Source: Hydrolagus affinis
Lineage: Eukaryota
Reading direction: 5' to 3'
DNA length: 64,000 bases
Assembly: GCA_012026655.1 (NCBI GenBank)
Contig: JAAILG010000272.1
Coordinates: forward strand, 1 to 64,000
The notes beneath the pieces were generated by a model. It saw only the letters and a program-made list of their open reading frames with translations, was not told the origin of the DNA and ran no database searches. Position numbers and translations under genes: made by a program. Of this stretch, positions 49,934 through 63,185 are shown in pieces; the stretch's first letter is position 1, and each line of letters begins with the position of its first letter.

Positions 49934-52900
49934 GAGGGGGGGAGACGGACGGGCAATAAGCTCGATAAGTTCAAGACGCAAAACTCTTAACGGTTTGAAG
50001 ATCAGCAAGTCTGCCAGGCACTTAACGTACAAATAATCACACGTTCGAGTGCTAGTCTCCGTCTCTTCCACCGGTTTTGAACCGCTCCAAGTACCTTTTT
50101 GTTTGCTCTGAGCAGCCGCAAATATGGCGTTCCAGCCAAGGCTAGGTGACTGACCTCGTACAGGTATACGATGAAAATCTGGCATGAAGGAAGAAAACGG
50201 AGAAGAAGAAAAAACACACACACACACACGCTTAGAAGGCGATGACTAGGATCACAATTCTGCAAAAAATTTAGTTTATAACTGATTGAGTTAGTTTAGA
50301 ATCACTCATACCAAAAAAACATACAAGCTCTGTATCGTTTCAGTAATCGTTTAGGATTGTAGCTTGGTGCTTTATTTATTGAGTAGGGATTTGGTTAATA
50401 GTACAAATCTCCTTGGATTTGAAACACCAGTTTTCCCTCCCTTTATGGATTGAGGAAAAATGTCTTTCTTTTTTTTAAAAAAAAGAAAAGAGAATTCTAA
50501 GCTTATTTCATTACTTTTTTTTTAGCCATTTAGGGATGTTCTCAGGTGAAACTATTTCAGTAAAATCCAATTTGTTTCCACATTGCCTGCTCTATTGTCT
50601 TCATTTGTAGTGTTTAAAACGGAGGTTTCTCAAATGAAGTCGGGATTGTTTCAAGAAGTTACTTGGTCTTAAAACGAGCAGAAATATATTGTGCCACTTT
50701 ATGGTTTATTATCAGTAATAATCCTTGCATTTGATATAGCGCTCAACATGGCATCAAAGCATCTCAAAGCACTCCACGGGAGTTTGCTGTGAAGTGTAGT
50801 GACGGTGTATTTGAAGGCAAGTTTAGTTTTAAAGCGGATTACAGAAAATCTAAAGGCACAATAAAATCCTGTTTCTCAAAGCCAAAATTAGCTGCTAACC
50901 ACACCTATAGTAATTATGTATAAGCTATTCACAGAGCAATACATGACATAGGTTTATCAAACCTAATTATTGTTCTGTAGTTTTACAAATGGCAAAATCT
51001 TTGTATTACAGATCTTAAGAGTTGTATTGATTTTCTACACAAGCTTGTTGAGATGCTTGTGTACGTTCGTACTGTACTTGCTTAGAAATTTACAACGCAG
51101 TAGAAGGCCGTTCGGCTTATACAAAATATAGAAACAATCAACGGGCAAGTTTGCCATCAAAACTTAAACTGCACTTCAAGATATTCATCTGTACTCCCAA
51201 GTGCTAGTTCACACACGCGATTTGCCGAGATAAAGATTCTGTACTGCTGGGCAATTCACAAGATCATGTACGTTGGCTCCATTGCACATTTTATAATAAG
51301 GCAGCAGAGCAACTCGATACCACAGTAGTTTGCTGTTTGTGCTCGATAACAAAACGATGCACATTTCAAATGTTCGGTAGCTCTGTCATTTTTTTTTCCC
51401 ATTGATGAAAACTCTGTGGAGAATTAGTACCATTTTGTTTAGTGCAGCAGTTATCGGATCGGTCTGACTGACGTAGTAATTCTTAGTCGAATTAGTCCAT
51501 TTTCGCAAGCATTCAACTTGTGAAAATGGTACTTTATATGTAACAAGGTAAACAGTGGTTGTACTGTGAATGCACTGTGACTGTTTTAAACATTGTTATT
51601 TCTGATGCTTACAATACTTTGCACAGCAGATATGAAAGAATGCTAGTTGACAGGTCTGATATATTCACCATACAATTTATACCTGTAGGTCAATACTAGT
51701 AGCTTAAGCTTTCTACTGCCTTAAATGTAAACACTATCTAGGAATAGGCTTCTTATAAGCTACTTCCTCCTATTAATAAGCCAACCAAAGCCTACACTGT
51801 CTACCCAGTCTGAGTGTACTGGGCAAGATTTAGTTGCCTTTGTTTTAGTATTGCTTTTCCGATAAGTAAATTGAGTTTAACAAAAAGAACATACCTGTCT
51901 AGGCTATCTGTGTTTCTGTAATTATTTCGATCTCAATTGATGTCAAAAATTGTTCGGATGCTATTGTAACCTGCTCTCTGATCCCGCTCCTACGTTTGAA
52001 TACCAAAAGATCCACTTTGGTTGATTTTCAAACTGCCCCAAGATATTTTATGTCAAACTTATTTAAAATGCATACCCAGACTTTAATAGGAATTTGTACT
52101 TGGTTATCTCAATATCTACAGAAATGTTTGAACTGTGAATGCATGTTGTAGGTACTTTTCTAAATGAATGACAAAGTGCTTTGAAAGTGTACACATACAT
52201 GAACCAAAGAGCAATATTGTCGTAATATGTTGGGACTTAACTTTTTACACATTCGAGGCTTTGAATGTTGAGTGGATATTAGAGTGGCTGTTATCAGATG
52301 ACTTCATGACCACAATATTAGCACGAGTGAGAGGGATTGAGGTAGAACAAGCTATTGTATGCTTCAATATTTGCATTTGAGATAGCAATTCGTAACCTGT
52401 TCAAGCATTTCAGGCAGCGAAATAATTTGGAGGCTGATTTGCGCACGGAAATATCAAATCAGATAACAAACCATCAGAAAAACATGATGTAAAAATATCA
52501 ACATTTTGAATCACTCAACGGTGACGAGATATAAATAATAAAGAAAGAATCTTCACATTTGCTAGAAAGGCGGCACCTTTCAAGTGGGGAGGACGTCTCA
52601 AAGCCCTTCACAGGATTTAGTGTGGAGTGTAGTGACTGTGTGTTTTTTGCAGGCGATTGCGGAAGCCAATTTACGCATGTTAATGCCCCACAAAGACACT
52701 AAGTACGTGCAGCGTTGCTCCGAAGGTACAGTGGACAACAAATACTCTGAAGTCTCCAAACCCTGTCCCTTGCCAACCTGCACCTAATACTTTCTGGAAT
52801 TAGATAAGCAGAGTGCATCCCTTTAGGAGAGAGAGTGAGAGAGTGAGAGTGTGTGTGTGTGTGTGTGTGTGTGCGCATTCCATTCCGACAATCTATCTGG

Positions 52901-53565
52901 AATTTCCATGTATGGGTGGGATGCATGGAACTCTCAGCTTGGTTTGGATACTCTTAAAGCATGTTGACAGATTTCTGCATGCGTCAGACACCGGGCTGAC
53001 CCCCAAAAAGCTGGGATTTACTATTAGTATTATTATTATTAAGGGATGGAAATATCGAAGGTTAACAAGGAAATCCAGACACTTCACATGGAAGACTTGG
53101 GTCTTCAGATTTTCTGTTAATGCCCTGTCATTGTAAATAAGCATGTAGTTAGCACTGAGGCAAAGGTCCTAACTGAACTAAAAGTATATATTACACTATA
53201 TTACTTACTGCTCTCACATATTACCCAACAATGTTGCTCAAATCAATTCAAAAAGTTATTTTATAGCGATGGGCCCATTAAATTATTGCACACTCAATAT
53301 GTGCAAATTGCACATATTGAGAGAAATGCACACAATAAACAGCAAAAATATGTTGAATGAATGAAAACTCCGCAACAGATTATTTAAAATATGGGATTTG
53401 TGCATTAAAACATACAATGATTTAAAACGTATTGACTTAATTCTGAATGTTTGCCAATTGTACAAATTTTTTTGGTTGAAATACATATTTTAATGGTTCT
53501 GTATTTCACAGTATGGAATATTATATGTACTGTTTTTTAAATAAAATATTGAATAATTATACGGC
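49934..53565 (+). other. GPR139: Probable GPR139 3' UTR
   Basis: AU-rich, with many TGTA motifs and no young full-length SINE copies. It ends at tatatgtactgttttttAAATAAA. The end point is inferred; earlier AATAAA signals also exist (e.g. ~50859). Confidence 0.5.
53540..53545 (+). promoter_or_regulatory. Candidate polyadenylation signal AATAAA
   Basis: AATAAA preceded by TGTA and a U-rich stretch, at the end of the SINE-poor block downstream of the GPR139 stop. Confidence 0.45.
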
Positions 53566-54019
53566 TCGTTTACTTTGGGTACACTGCACTATCTTGCGCA
53601 CACCGGCTCACTCTTTAGTTACAGGTAAAGAAGATAATGATGACGTGTGGAAGTTTAGCCATGGTGATTGGAATATATGCAAGGAAGAAACGTTTAAGGT
53701 GAAATCAAGGTTGAAATCTTGATGTCCATTGAGGTGTGTTAAGCAACCCAGCATGTGCAGCTCTTTACAGTTTCTTTGCAAGTATAAAGAGTTCTGTAAA
53801 GCTTAAACAAGAGATGCCTTTTGAACATTTACATCAACTCGGCAATCTCAAAATATTGAGATCAAAGCTCTTGCGAAAATTACACGCTGACGAAATGACA
53901 ATGTACTCTCCTGTGGTGTAAAGAGCATCAGCCACAGAACGTTTCATTATCTGGCTGATTAGGAATATTCTTAAAACCCAATATGAATGGCAAGAACTTA
54001 ATAATAATTTTTAAAAATA

Positions 54020-54175
54020 AATCATCCTTGCATTTGATTTAGCGCTTTTCACATCTTCTAGACGTCTCAAAGCGCTTCACAGAATATACTGTAAAGTGAA
54101 TTGACTATATTTGTGGGTGAAACACAGCAGCCAATTGCGCACGGCAGCGTCCCACAAACAACCGTGGATTGAACC
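54020..54175 (-). mobile_element. Deu-domain SINE, 3' half
   Basis: Reverse complement of tail and core. Confidence 0.88.
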
Positions 54176-54554
54176 ATGTTTCTGATTAAAAAAAGACTGA
54201 AAAAACTTACACATTGAACCCGAGAAATAACTATTTGGCTGAGAACAGACATATTCAGAACAGGTGGAAGTCAACACTTTTTAAATCTAACAAACCTACG
54301 TTTAAGTAAAAAGGTTCAAAATTGAATTCCGGTTATGTAAGCAGCAAGAGTTGGGGGTAATATCAGTTTTGTAGCAATAGCAAAATTCTGTGTCTCCCAG
54401 ACACTGAGAAGCTGACTTACCAGTTCTGTAGATATATTTTCGCTTACTGTATTTTTAACATGGTGATGAGCAGTCCTATTCAATACTGTACCCAATAAGC
54501 ACTGTTTACTTACACCAAATCAATTAACCAGCTTGTTGATCTACCAATTACCTT

Positions 54555-54808
54555 ATAATAATCCTTGCATTTGATATAGCACTTTTCACGTCCTCTAAAC
54601 ATCTCAAAGCGCTTCACAGAATATACTCTAAAGTGAATTGACTGGATTGAAATGATCAATTTTCTTACTTTTTTTGGGGAGGGATTATTATTAGGCGTAT
54701 GGAGTAAGGAAACTTGCCCAAGGTTTCGCCCTGACCTGTCTGGATTTGAACACAGATCTCACCGTTTGTCAGGCGAGTGCTCTAACCACTGAGCTACAGG
54801 ACTCCACA
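54555..54808 (-). mobile_element. Deu-domain SINE with core deletion
   Basis: Tail and head present; the core is deleted between gtgaattgact and ggattgaaatga. Confidence 0.88.
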
Positions 54809-55874
54809 GTGCTGTAGAATATTTAACCACTCAAACCACCCGAAATAGGATCTTGTTTTAACATTCCATCTGAAGGATGAGATGCTGAGTCTAGAAGACT
54901 TGAAAAGCGCTATATTGCAAAGATAATTATTATTTATTTTGTCACCTCCGTTAACTCTCCCCTTTGAGTTTGATAATGCAGTATTCAACTCCCTGATGTG
55001 GGCTTTGAGACCAAGAATCTTCTGACCTAGAGTCAAGAGTCCTGCTGACTGAACCAGACAGAATTGATTAACCTGTTTCAATATTTCATCTAGAATTATC
55101 CCTTTGAAGTGTGTGGTAGACAGGTAGTGGTGGGGGGAGGCTAAAACGGAAAAAATTCTATCAAATTATTTGAATTAAATTTCTGGTTAAACTCATGGCA
55201 CTCAGAGTAAACGCAGAGTAGATTCTGGATGTGTTGTCCGAGGTTTTTTTTTCTAGCTAATTTCCCTCTAAACAGAAACCAACCAGCTGACAGATAAGAA
55301 TATCTATTACTGTACGGCTGAAGACTAATCCATCCCCTTTTATTCCTTTTGTTTTTATATTCACTCCTGAAACGTTTCCACCTAACAAATGAAAGCGCTG
55401 GAACACAATTTCCCCTGCAATATCCTTCTCTGGTGTCGATTACTACTCCAAGTGCAAAACTAACATTCTCTCTTTCAAAACATATGAGAAATATGTTGGA
55501 GATGTTGGATGGAATTTATTACACTGGAGTATAATAAATCAGTTTGCACCAGTTAAACGCAGCTAATATAATAATTCAGGTTTTTAGTTACTGTCATTAC
55601 AATAAGTTGGTGGCATTTTTAACGCTAACTACATTTTCAAAACACACCGATTCCCCCGTTGCCACTTTCGGTATCACTCAATTAGTTGATTTGCACCTGA
55701 ACCCTGGAAACTAAAATTACAACCATTACACGATCAGAATCAGCATCAGTCTTTTTATGTTAATAAAAGCATCTGCAAGGGATAATTGACGTGTTATCGT
55801 GATGGAAAGAGAGAGGGTTTTGAAGAGGGGGGAAGACAAACGCTTGAAAGACAACTCAAATTAAATTTGGGGGA

Positions 55875-56146
55875 ATAATAATAATTATTATTATAGTATT
55901 ATAAGAATAATTATTATCCTTGCATTTGATATATCACTTTTCACGTCTTCCAGACGTCCCAAAGCACTTCACAGAATATACTGTAAAGTGAATTGACTGT
56001 ATACTTGTGGGCGAAACGCAGCAGCCAATTGCGCACAGCAGCGTCCCCACAAACAGTCGTGGATTGAAATGACCAATTTATTATTGTTTTTTTGGAGGGA
56101 TGACTGTTAGTCGTGTGGAGTAAGGTTTCGCCCTGACCTGCCTAGA
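55875..56146 (-). mobile_element. Deu-domain SINE, 5'-truncated
   Basis: Tail and core on the minus strand. Confidence 0.9.
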
Positions 56147-56364
56147 TGGTATCAACTGATCGCTGTCCCCCTAATTCCTGTTGTTGAGCCAAGGCTGGCT
56201 GACTGGGGGAGAGAAATAGCCGTGAAATAGATTTTAAAACCATGCAACGGAAATACTTTCGAAGAAGGCGACAGCGGGGAATTCGTCCAAGTGTTCCAAA
56301 AATGAGATTCGAAGTTGCAAAAACTGGCTACAATTTGACGCAGCTCAGTGAAAATCGAAAATTG

Positions 56365-56670
56365 CAAAATAACTAATGTTTTTCCAATGTATAGCAAAAG
56401 GTCAGAAACATGATGTGGGAAATTTATATGCCTGTTATCTTGACATCTCCTCTCGGAAACACATTGCAGCCTATTATAAAGGAAACAGTTCAAGACCATT
56501 CCACAAGAGTAATGTCAACAATTTCAAGCCAGCGTAGGTTTATGAATGACAGATTTATTGGAATTCTTTGAGGAAATCATGGAATGGACACCGTACGGGT
56601 GGATTTCAGACGCTTTGTGGAACCAAAATCCACTCGGCACCACTTTCTACCAAATTTCAAGGTGCGTTTA
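56365..56670 (+). mobile_element. Decayed CR1 reverse transcriptase fragment
   Basis: Frameshifted pieces NVFPMY / PVILTSPLGNTLQPIIKE / LLEFFEEI / MDTVRVDFRRF parallel CR1 RT motifs NVTPLF..NYRPVSLTSVVGK..LLEFFEEV..VDVVYLDF. Confidence 0.7.
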
Positions 56671-56876
56671 AAATTTTTACCAGCAAAACAGATTAGAGGC
56701 ACTCAATTCAAATTGCTCTTAGTTTGCCACCTTAACTATCAAAAGGAAAAGCACTTCACGAACATAAATAGAGGTTGTTTGCTCCCCCACTTTGAGCCGT
56801 TATTAAATAGAGAAGCTGTGAAGAAGAACGGCCAGGTGGAACTCAACCCACATCCCTGAGAGGCAGTGTCATTTTA

Positions 56877-57085
56877 TTACAACAACAACAACTTGGATTT
56901 ATATAGCGCCCTCCATGTCGGACAGCGTCTCAAAGCGCTTCGGAATAACAGATCCCGGGGCCAAGCAGGGGGAGGGGGATAAACATGACCGAAAGCGCGG
57001 TCGAAAAGAAAGTTCTTTAGCCGAGACCTGAAAAGTAGGAAGAGAGAGGGGCGAGGCGAAGGGAGAGAGGAAGGGAGTTCCAGAG
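56877..57085 (-). mobile_element. L2 LINE 3' end, second family
   Basis: Minus strand FRSRLKNFLFDRAF then aagcgctttgagacgctgtccgacatggagggcgctatataaatccaag(ttg)n; a related tail lies at 43425-43492. Confidence 0.78.
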
Positions 57086-57219
57086 CCATAGCAAAGTTTG
57101 CTACTTGGAACGAACAAAGAAATGCAAACAACTTAGGGCAGTGGAAATGTTTATAAAGTTAATGAATTGTCAAAGATGCAGCAAAATCCCATTGGGGTCT
57201 CAGAAAAGCAGAAATACAA

Positions 57220-57475
57220 CCTTCAGCCACTCTGCCCCCCCACCTACCTCTGGAACTCCATCCCACAGTCCCTCTGCCTCACTCCGTCCCTTACCTCCTT
57301 GAAGATCCCTCTGCTTCGACGGTGCCTTTGGCCACCCACCTCCCCCCCTCAGTGCCCTCCACCCTCCCCGATCCCGGATCCCTTCCCAGATCGGGTCCCA
57401 AACGCTGACTCTCCAGAACCTTGGGACGTCCTCCTGACATGAAAGGTGCTATACAAATGTAATTTTTGTTGTGGT
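57220..57475 (+). mobile_element. L2 LINE 3' fragment
   Basis: ccttcagccactctgcc...ctctggaactccatcccacagtccctc...tgaaaggtgctatacaaatgtaatttttgttg. Confidence 0.88.
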
Positions 57476-57696
57476 TATTTGATGTATTGCAAGGCGAAAC
57501 TCACATGCAACAGAAAAAGAACAATGAGAGAGATTTACCAGTGATCGGTTGAAAATAAATCCACTGTAAGATGAAAAGAAAGGCTGGAAGTGTTTGACCT
57601 TCTCACCCAAACTGTGTCCTCCAACTGCAGAGATGTCAATGAGTTTCATATTCACTGCCACTATTGACACAATTCTACAATATGTATTTTCAGATG

Positions 57697-57925
57697 TAAT
57701 AATAACAATAATAATCCTTGCATTTGATATAACGCTGTTCACATCATATCGCCGTGTTGAAGCGCTTCACAGAATATACTGTAAAGTGAATTGACTGTGT
57801 ATTTGTGGGCGAAACGCGGCAGCCAATTGCACACAGCAGCGTCCCCCACAAACAGTTGTGGGTTAAAAATGACCAATTTTTGTTATTGTGGTTTATTTTG
57901 GATGGATTATTATTAGGCGTGTATG
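57697..57925 (-). mobile_element. Deu-domain SINE, 5'-truncated
   Basis: Tail and core on the minus strand. Confidence 0.88.
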
Positions 57926-59589
57926 CAAGTTATTGGAAGCATATGCCAATTTTCTATTCTGTAGTTCAATTATTTCCCATGGCAAAACCCCTGATTTTCA
58001 AAATCATCTTCTGCTCACTCTGTTGTATGTATTTTTGCTCCATTCTTTCTTTGATCACGTCAATCGCTCACTGACTTTCATTACTTAAGTAAGTATATTC
58101 CTGTATGATTCTTCTAATAATAGGATTTGGTTTGAAACGGAGTATGAAACTACAAAAAACACTGCCATTCATTCTGCTGCCTGCCTATCTAACGCAACAG
58201 GAAGCAATACATAGAGAATTATCCAATAGTTCATCACAGGCCTACCCAACATCACATTACTAGACAATGTTCATTTTGCAGTCAAGGCGTAAATGGCTTG
58301 TTTGATAAAAACTGGTCCGATTTTCACACCAGAAATGAACAGCGCAAGTCAAACCTACTCTCTTAATATATATTAATAAAATGAATGTATGTTAATAAAA
58401 TACAAAAACAAAATTGGTCATTTCAATCCACGACTGTTTGTGGGGACACTGCTGTGTGCAATTGGTTGCCGCGTTTCGCCCACAAATGTACAGTCAATTG
58501 ACTTCACCGTATATTCTGTGGAGAATTTTTTATGCTACAATTTGGAAGCAACGAGAGAGGAAGTTTTCGGCGAACACAGAAATATACAGCAGAGACTGTG
58601 TAGTGCCTCAGGGCTCCATCTACTCGCTAGGATCAGGGACAAATGCACAATAATAAAACAATAACGAGTGGAAGGGAAGAAACGAGTATTCATTTCATTT
58701 GAAAAGTAAGTAATGCGCTGTAAGGGCAGGCCTGCCGATAGCTTGACTATACAGCATCATCTGGTCAAAGTCATCGACAGCAAATCCTTTCCCGATGTAA
58801 TTCACCAGATGAGAGAGGGGAGGGGGGGGGGGGGGAAGGAGCCACAATTAATTGCAGTTTTTATAATCACAGATGTCTGAAAAAAGCAGCAATTTGCTCC
58901 GTGGGCTACGTGACTGGATTGCTGTCGCTGTCACATTATCCATTTGTTACAATGCACCCGTGCCTTCCTCTTATGATGCCTCGATCGCCCATTAACACAC
59001 GCACACACACAAAAAGAAAGAGGAAGGCTTTCAGTTCCTCGAAAAGCAATGGGTTAGTTTTGTGAATTGTTCGGAGGATGTGACTAATTGAGACACTCTG
59101 TACGTTTAAACCGGTGTGTACAGTACTGCAGTGAGTTGGCACATTGCCCTTTTCCCAACCCAATGGGAAATGAGATCCAATTTCTTTCTCATCCGTTCTC
59201 TGCTGGCACCCGGTGTCCTCAGTGAAAAGGAAATTGGTCCGTTGCTGTCTTGTTCCAAGGGAGCAAAAGAGCGCAAAATGGTTCTGAGTGCAAAACCGGC
59301 TCAGATACTGTCAAACGCGCATGGAAAAACAACAATGCCGCCAGCTGAAGGGAACAATATCTGTCCATGGGGGTAACTCCATTATTGGAGCGAGTTTGCT
59401 TTTAACTCGGGCGCGCTGTTAGCCCACAATTATAGAACATAAGAACATAAGAATTTGCTCGGCAAAGGAAGACCAAGGTCCACCTAATCTGCCTTCCGCA
59501 ATCCTGGCAGTCGCTTAGCATGTCATGATCCAAGCTACATCCTTACTTTTAAAGCAGAAATCTTATCTAATTGGTTCTTTTCTTTCATT

Positions 59590-59828
59590 CTGCCCCTACC
59601 CTCTTGGAACTCCATCCCGCAGTCCCTCTGCCTTGCCTCCATCCCTCCCCTCCTTCAAGACCCGCCTCAAGGCCCTCCACTTTTGATCCAACCTCCTTCC
59701 CTCACCTGCCCTCCACCCTCTCCGATACCCACCCCCAGCTCAGGTCTGAAACACTGACTGTCCAGCGCCTTGGGAAGTCCTCCTGGCGTGAAAGGCATTA
59801 TACAAGTGCAATTTTGTTGTTGTTGTTG
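59590..59828 (+). mobile_element. L2 LINE 3' fragment
   Basis: ggaactccatcccgcagtccctctgcc...ctgactgtccagcgccttggga...gtgaaaggc...(GTT)n. Confidence 0.9.
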
Positions 59829-60221
59829 GCATTTTCTCATATTTTTATATTTTTTCTTTTCTTAAAATAAATGTCCGCAGTTTACCAGTCTACTGGAACT
59901 CTCCAATGGAGGACACTCGCTCAGATATACCCCTGTTGTAGTGGGTGTGCTTGACCAAGTAGCCAAAATCAAGCCCGTGTCACTGACCTGCAGTAATTTC
60001 ACTTCTCTCAGGCTTTGAAAACCTCATTTATCTTCTTCACAAACCGCGCGGCTGGCTGTGGTTGAGCAGGTGTACGCTGAACGAGAACAATCTGGCAGCT
60101 CAATCCCATTGCTACCGTCCCCTCGATCTCCTTGGGCCCCTGTTGTCAAGCACGTCCTATGAAGGTGCCTCAGCAAAAATAGCAGCACCACACATTAGGA
60201 CATGACATTGCACAGTGCGAT

Positions 60222-60378
60222 GATTCCATAGTGAGCTTTTAAAAGGGAATTGGATAGGTATTTGAAAGGGAAAACATTTGCAGGGCTGTGGGTGGAGTGA
60301 GACTAGTCAGGCAGCTCTATCAAAGAGTCAGCACGACGGGCCGAATGGCCTCCTTCTGTGCTGTAAGATCTTATGGAT
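60222..60378 (+). mobile_element. CR1 LINE 3' end
   Basis: ttttaaaagggaattggataggtatttgaaagggaaaacatttgcagggct...gggccgaatggcctccttctgtgctgtaa. Confidence 0.85.
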
Positions 60379-62271
60379 TGATCCACTAGCTAACGAATGG
60401 TTAATGTGCTCCATTTACATAAGGATCAGGTTTACAAGTATAATCCAAAGCCTAACACGGATCTCTATTTCCTATGTATATGTAGGCCACTGATATTAAT
60501 ATTTACTCAAAGCCACACCAGGGAGCTTGTCCAACAGTGAAACAAGTCATTTACAATGGTAAATTTTACATTGTAAATCGCTTTGTCCCAAATGTAGACG
60601 GAAAGAGTTTGAGAACGCACCTCAGCGATCGTGGTTGAAACGTCTCAAAGCACTTCACAGGATTCTGATGTAAACTGCAGTGACTTGTGATGAATTTGAA
60701 AGAAATAGACCTTAAAGGCGAACGGATTGTGAGAAAAAAAAAGGAGGATGTCCCAAAGTGCTTCACATGATATCCATGGCAGAGTCGAGCTCTTGCTGTT
60801 GACAAGCACTCGAGGACGCTGACCCTGTTGAGGGGCACTGTGGAAATGCAAGTTGTTGTTGTTATATTGCAAAGTGGAGTGACTGTGTTTCGAAGGTGAA
60901 TGTGGCAGCCGATTCACACTTGCACACAGCAACGTCCCCAAATCAGCCGTGAAGTGACAGAACGGTTTCATTTGGGGGTTGAGGGGGTTTGGGTGGGGGC
61001 CGGAGGAGATTGGCATAGGAATGTCTGTTTAAAGAAAGCATCGCATGTGTCCTTTTTTTCTAAAGGAAAATATCAGCCATACTACTTTGCGACCAACTCA
61101 TTACTTCAAACATATATCAGTGTATTTTCTATTCCAGCTACAACCAAACATAGGACTTTCTCAGTAAGGTCTCATAGCGGGAGAGGGAATCTGTTTTGAT
61201 TCTGAAGCCCATTTCGCCATATACTCTACATGATTTTACTGGAACCATTAAATCCAAGGCATTCACTGAGTATAGCTTCTGGCATTTTGTTATTTATTCC
61301 TATTGAACGCCAATTGCAACCATTGCTAAAGTCACAAGGCTTTGCTGTTTTACCAAGCGGTAATTATCTTGACTCGTTTGTTGGATATATTTCCAGCAGT
61401 GTGTAGTAAAATACGAGAAATGATTTTGTCAACTGGGATAATTTATTCTCAAATATACTCCAGGGTGTAATAAAGCTGAAATATCAATAGCCACTTCCAA
61501 ATATTTTGTTATCGCTACACATCATTTAGCTGCTTAGGAGACAGCTGGAACTGTAAATAAGGAATCACACCCTTTCTCTTGGTCTGTTTAAGTGAAATTT
61601 GTATGCTGGGAGGATTTGGTTTTTAAAATGTGGGGTTTCCAAACATTTGCAGATTATTCACAATAGGATTACAAGATTAATATTAATGATTCAATTGCCG
61701 ACAGCAATGAAAGAATGCAAGATGCAACAGGACTCGATAACTTGACTCTCCATTGCATTTTAAACAAGGGCTTTTCTACTATTTTATCTTTCAACTTAGA
61801 AAAACCTCACACAATATTTAAACCTGTGCTACTCCTGGTTCTGAAAAAGTACATTGTGCCAGGCAAAGTATTCACTGGTAATGTAAAGATAAGGATTCCT
61901 CGTTGCATCTGAAATACAGTCCCTTTATACATAGATCCATTTTCCTCTCTCAGAGGTGGTTGAAAATAGAACCAGACAGTTTCAAAGCTGAAAACAGCAG
62001 TAAATTGCACCAGCAAGCAACGTCAGCATCCAGGATCAGAATTATTTTTGCAAAGTGAAAATTGCGTTTGGGGTTTTAAACCCTGAGTGCCACTTTGCCT
62101 GATAATTCTTACAAAAATTATTCCTGGAATTCAGTTTGGTTGCCCAGCTACAGACTTGCAAACATTTTCCAACAATACTGATAATAAAGAATTGAATTTG
62201 ACATAGCGCAATTACCGTGTCTTCGAACCAGAAACAGCCGTGAAGTGAACAACCAATTTTACTTGGAGGGT

Positions 62272-62439
62272 TGAAACAAAACCAGAAATCACTGGGAACG
62301 CTGCAGAACCCTAACAAAGAATCTGACGAAGGGTCATGACCCGAAACGTTGACCAACTTTCCTTTCTCCATAGATGATGCCTGACCTGCTGAGTGTTTTT
62401 GTTTCAGCAGGTCAGGCAGCGATTTCTGTTTTTGTTTCA
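62272..62439 (+). mobile_element. Second short Penelope-like element with hammerhead core and terminal inverted arms
   Basis: CTGACGAAGGGTCATGACCCGAAACGTTGACC at 62323-62354, followed by TTTCTCCATAGATGATGCCTGACCTGCTGAGT. Outer inverted repeat 62272-62294 / 62417-62439 (21/23). Inner perfect 15-bp inverted repeat 62378-62392 / 62404-62418. Confidence 0.7.
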
Positions 62440-62444
62440 GATTT

Positions 62445-62765
62445 ATTATACTGATAACCCTTGCAATTAATATAGCGCTTTCCATGTCTTCTAGACGTCT
62501 CCAAGCGCTTCACAGAATATACTGTCAAATGAATGGACTGTATATTTGTGGGAGAAACGCGGCAGCCAATTGCGCACAGCAGCGTCCTCCACAAACAGTC
62601 ATGGATTGAAATGGCCAATTTTATTATTGTGGGTTTTTTGGACGGATTATTATTAGGCGTGTGTGTGGAGTAAGGAAACTTGCCCAAGGATTTGCCCTGA
62701 CCTGCCTGGATTCGAACACAGGTCTCACGCTTGTAAGGCGAGCGCTCTAACCACTGAGCTACCGG
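62445..62765 (-). mobile_element. Deu-domain SINE, full length
   Basis: Tail, core and head on the minus strand, abutting the Penelope-like element. Confidence 0.92.
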
Positions 62766-63071
62766 ATTTCTCAAAGTCCTGTCAAGGGACATGAAGTCAC
62801 AACCCACTGACTCAAAGGCTATCACCTGACAAGTCAGAAGTGATAAGGTGCATACGCAACATGCAAGGATTATTATTATTATACAACAATTCCAAACAAT
62901 TTTGAAGAAAACAAATTTACGTACAGGAAACCCCAAGATAATTTTCCTGCAGTGCTGAAACCTGTTTAAATGGGAATCACTGCCCACTGTCCACATTCAA
63001 ATCAATCAAAACATACCAACCTTAGTTTTGAATGATATTTTACCTTATATTTCAATTTGGTTACACTTACA

Positions 63072-63185
63072 TTTTCGCCCGCAAATATACAGTCAGTTCA
63101 CTTGACAGTGTATTCTGTGAAGCGCCTTGAGACGTCTAGAAGACGTGAAAAGTGCTATATCAAATGCAAGGATTATGATTAGTAT
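63072..63185 (+). mobile_element. Deu-domain SINE, 3' fragment
   Basis: tttcgcccgcaaatatacagtc...gagacgtctagaagacgtgaaaagtgctatatcaaatgcaaggatt. Confidence 0.85.

Noticed and set aside
49100-49959. Overlapping ORFs (246 aa +, 131 aa -, 66 aa -)
   Set aside because: Shadow ORFs expected from the high GC3 of GPR139 exon 2; no recognisable domains.
62412-62996. Recurrent ORF peptides such as [27 protein letters not shown] as a protein family
   Set aside because: They are translations of the non-coding SINE; frames and stops vary between copies.
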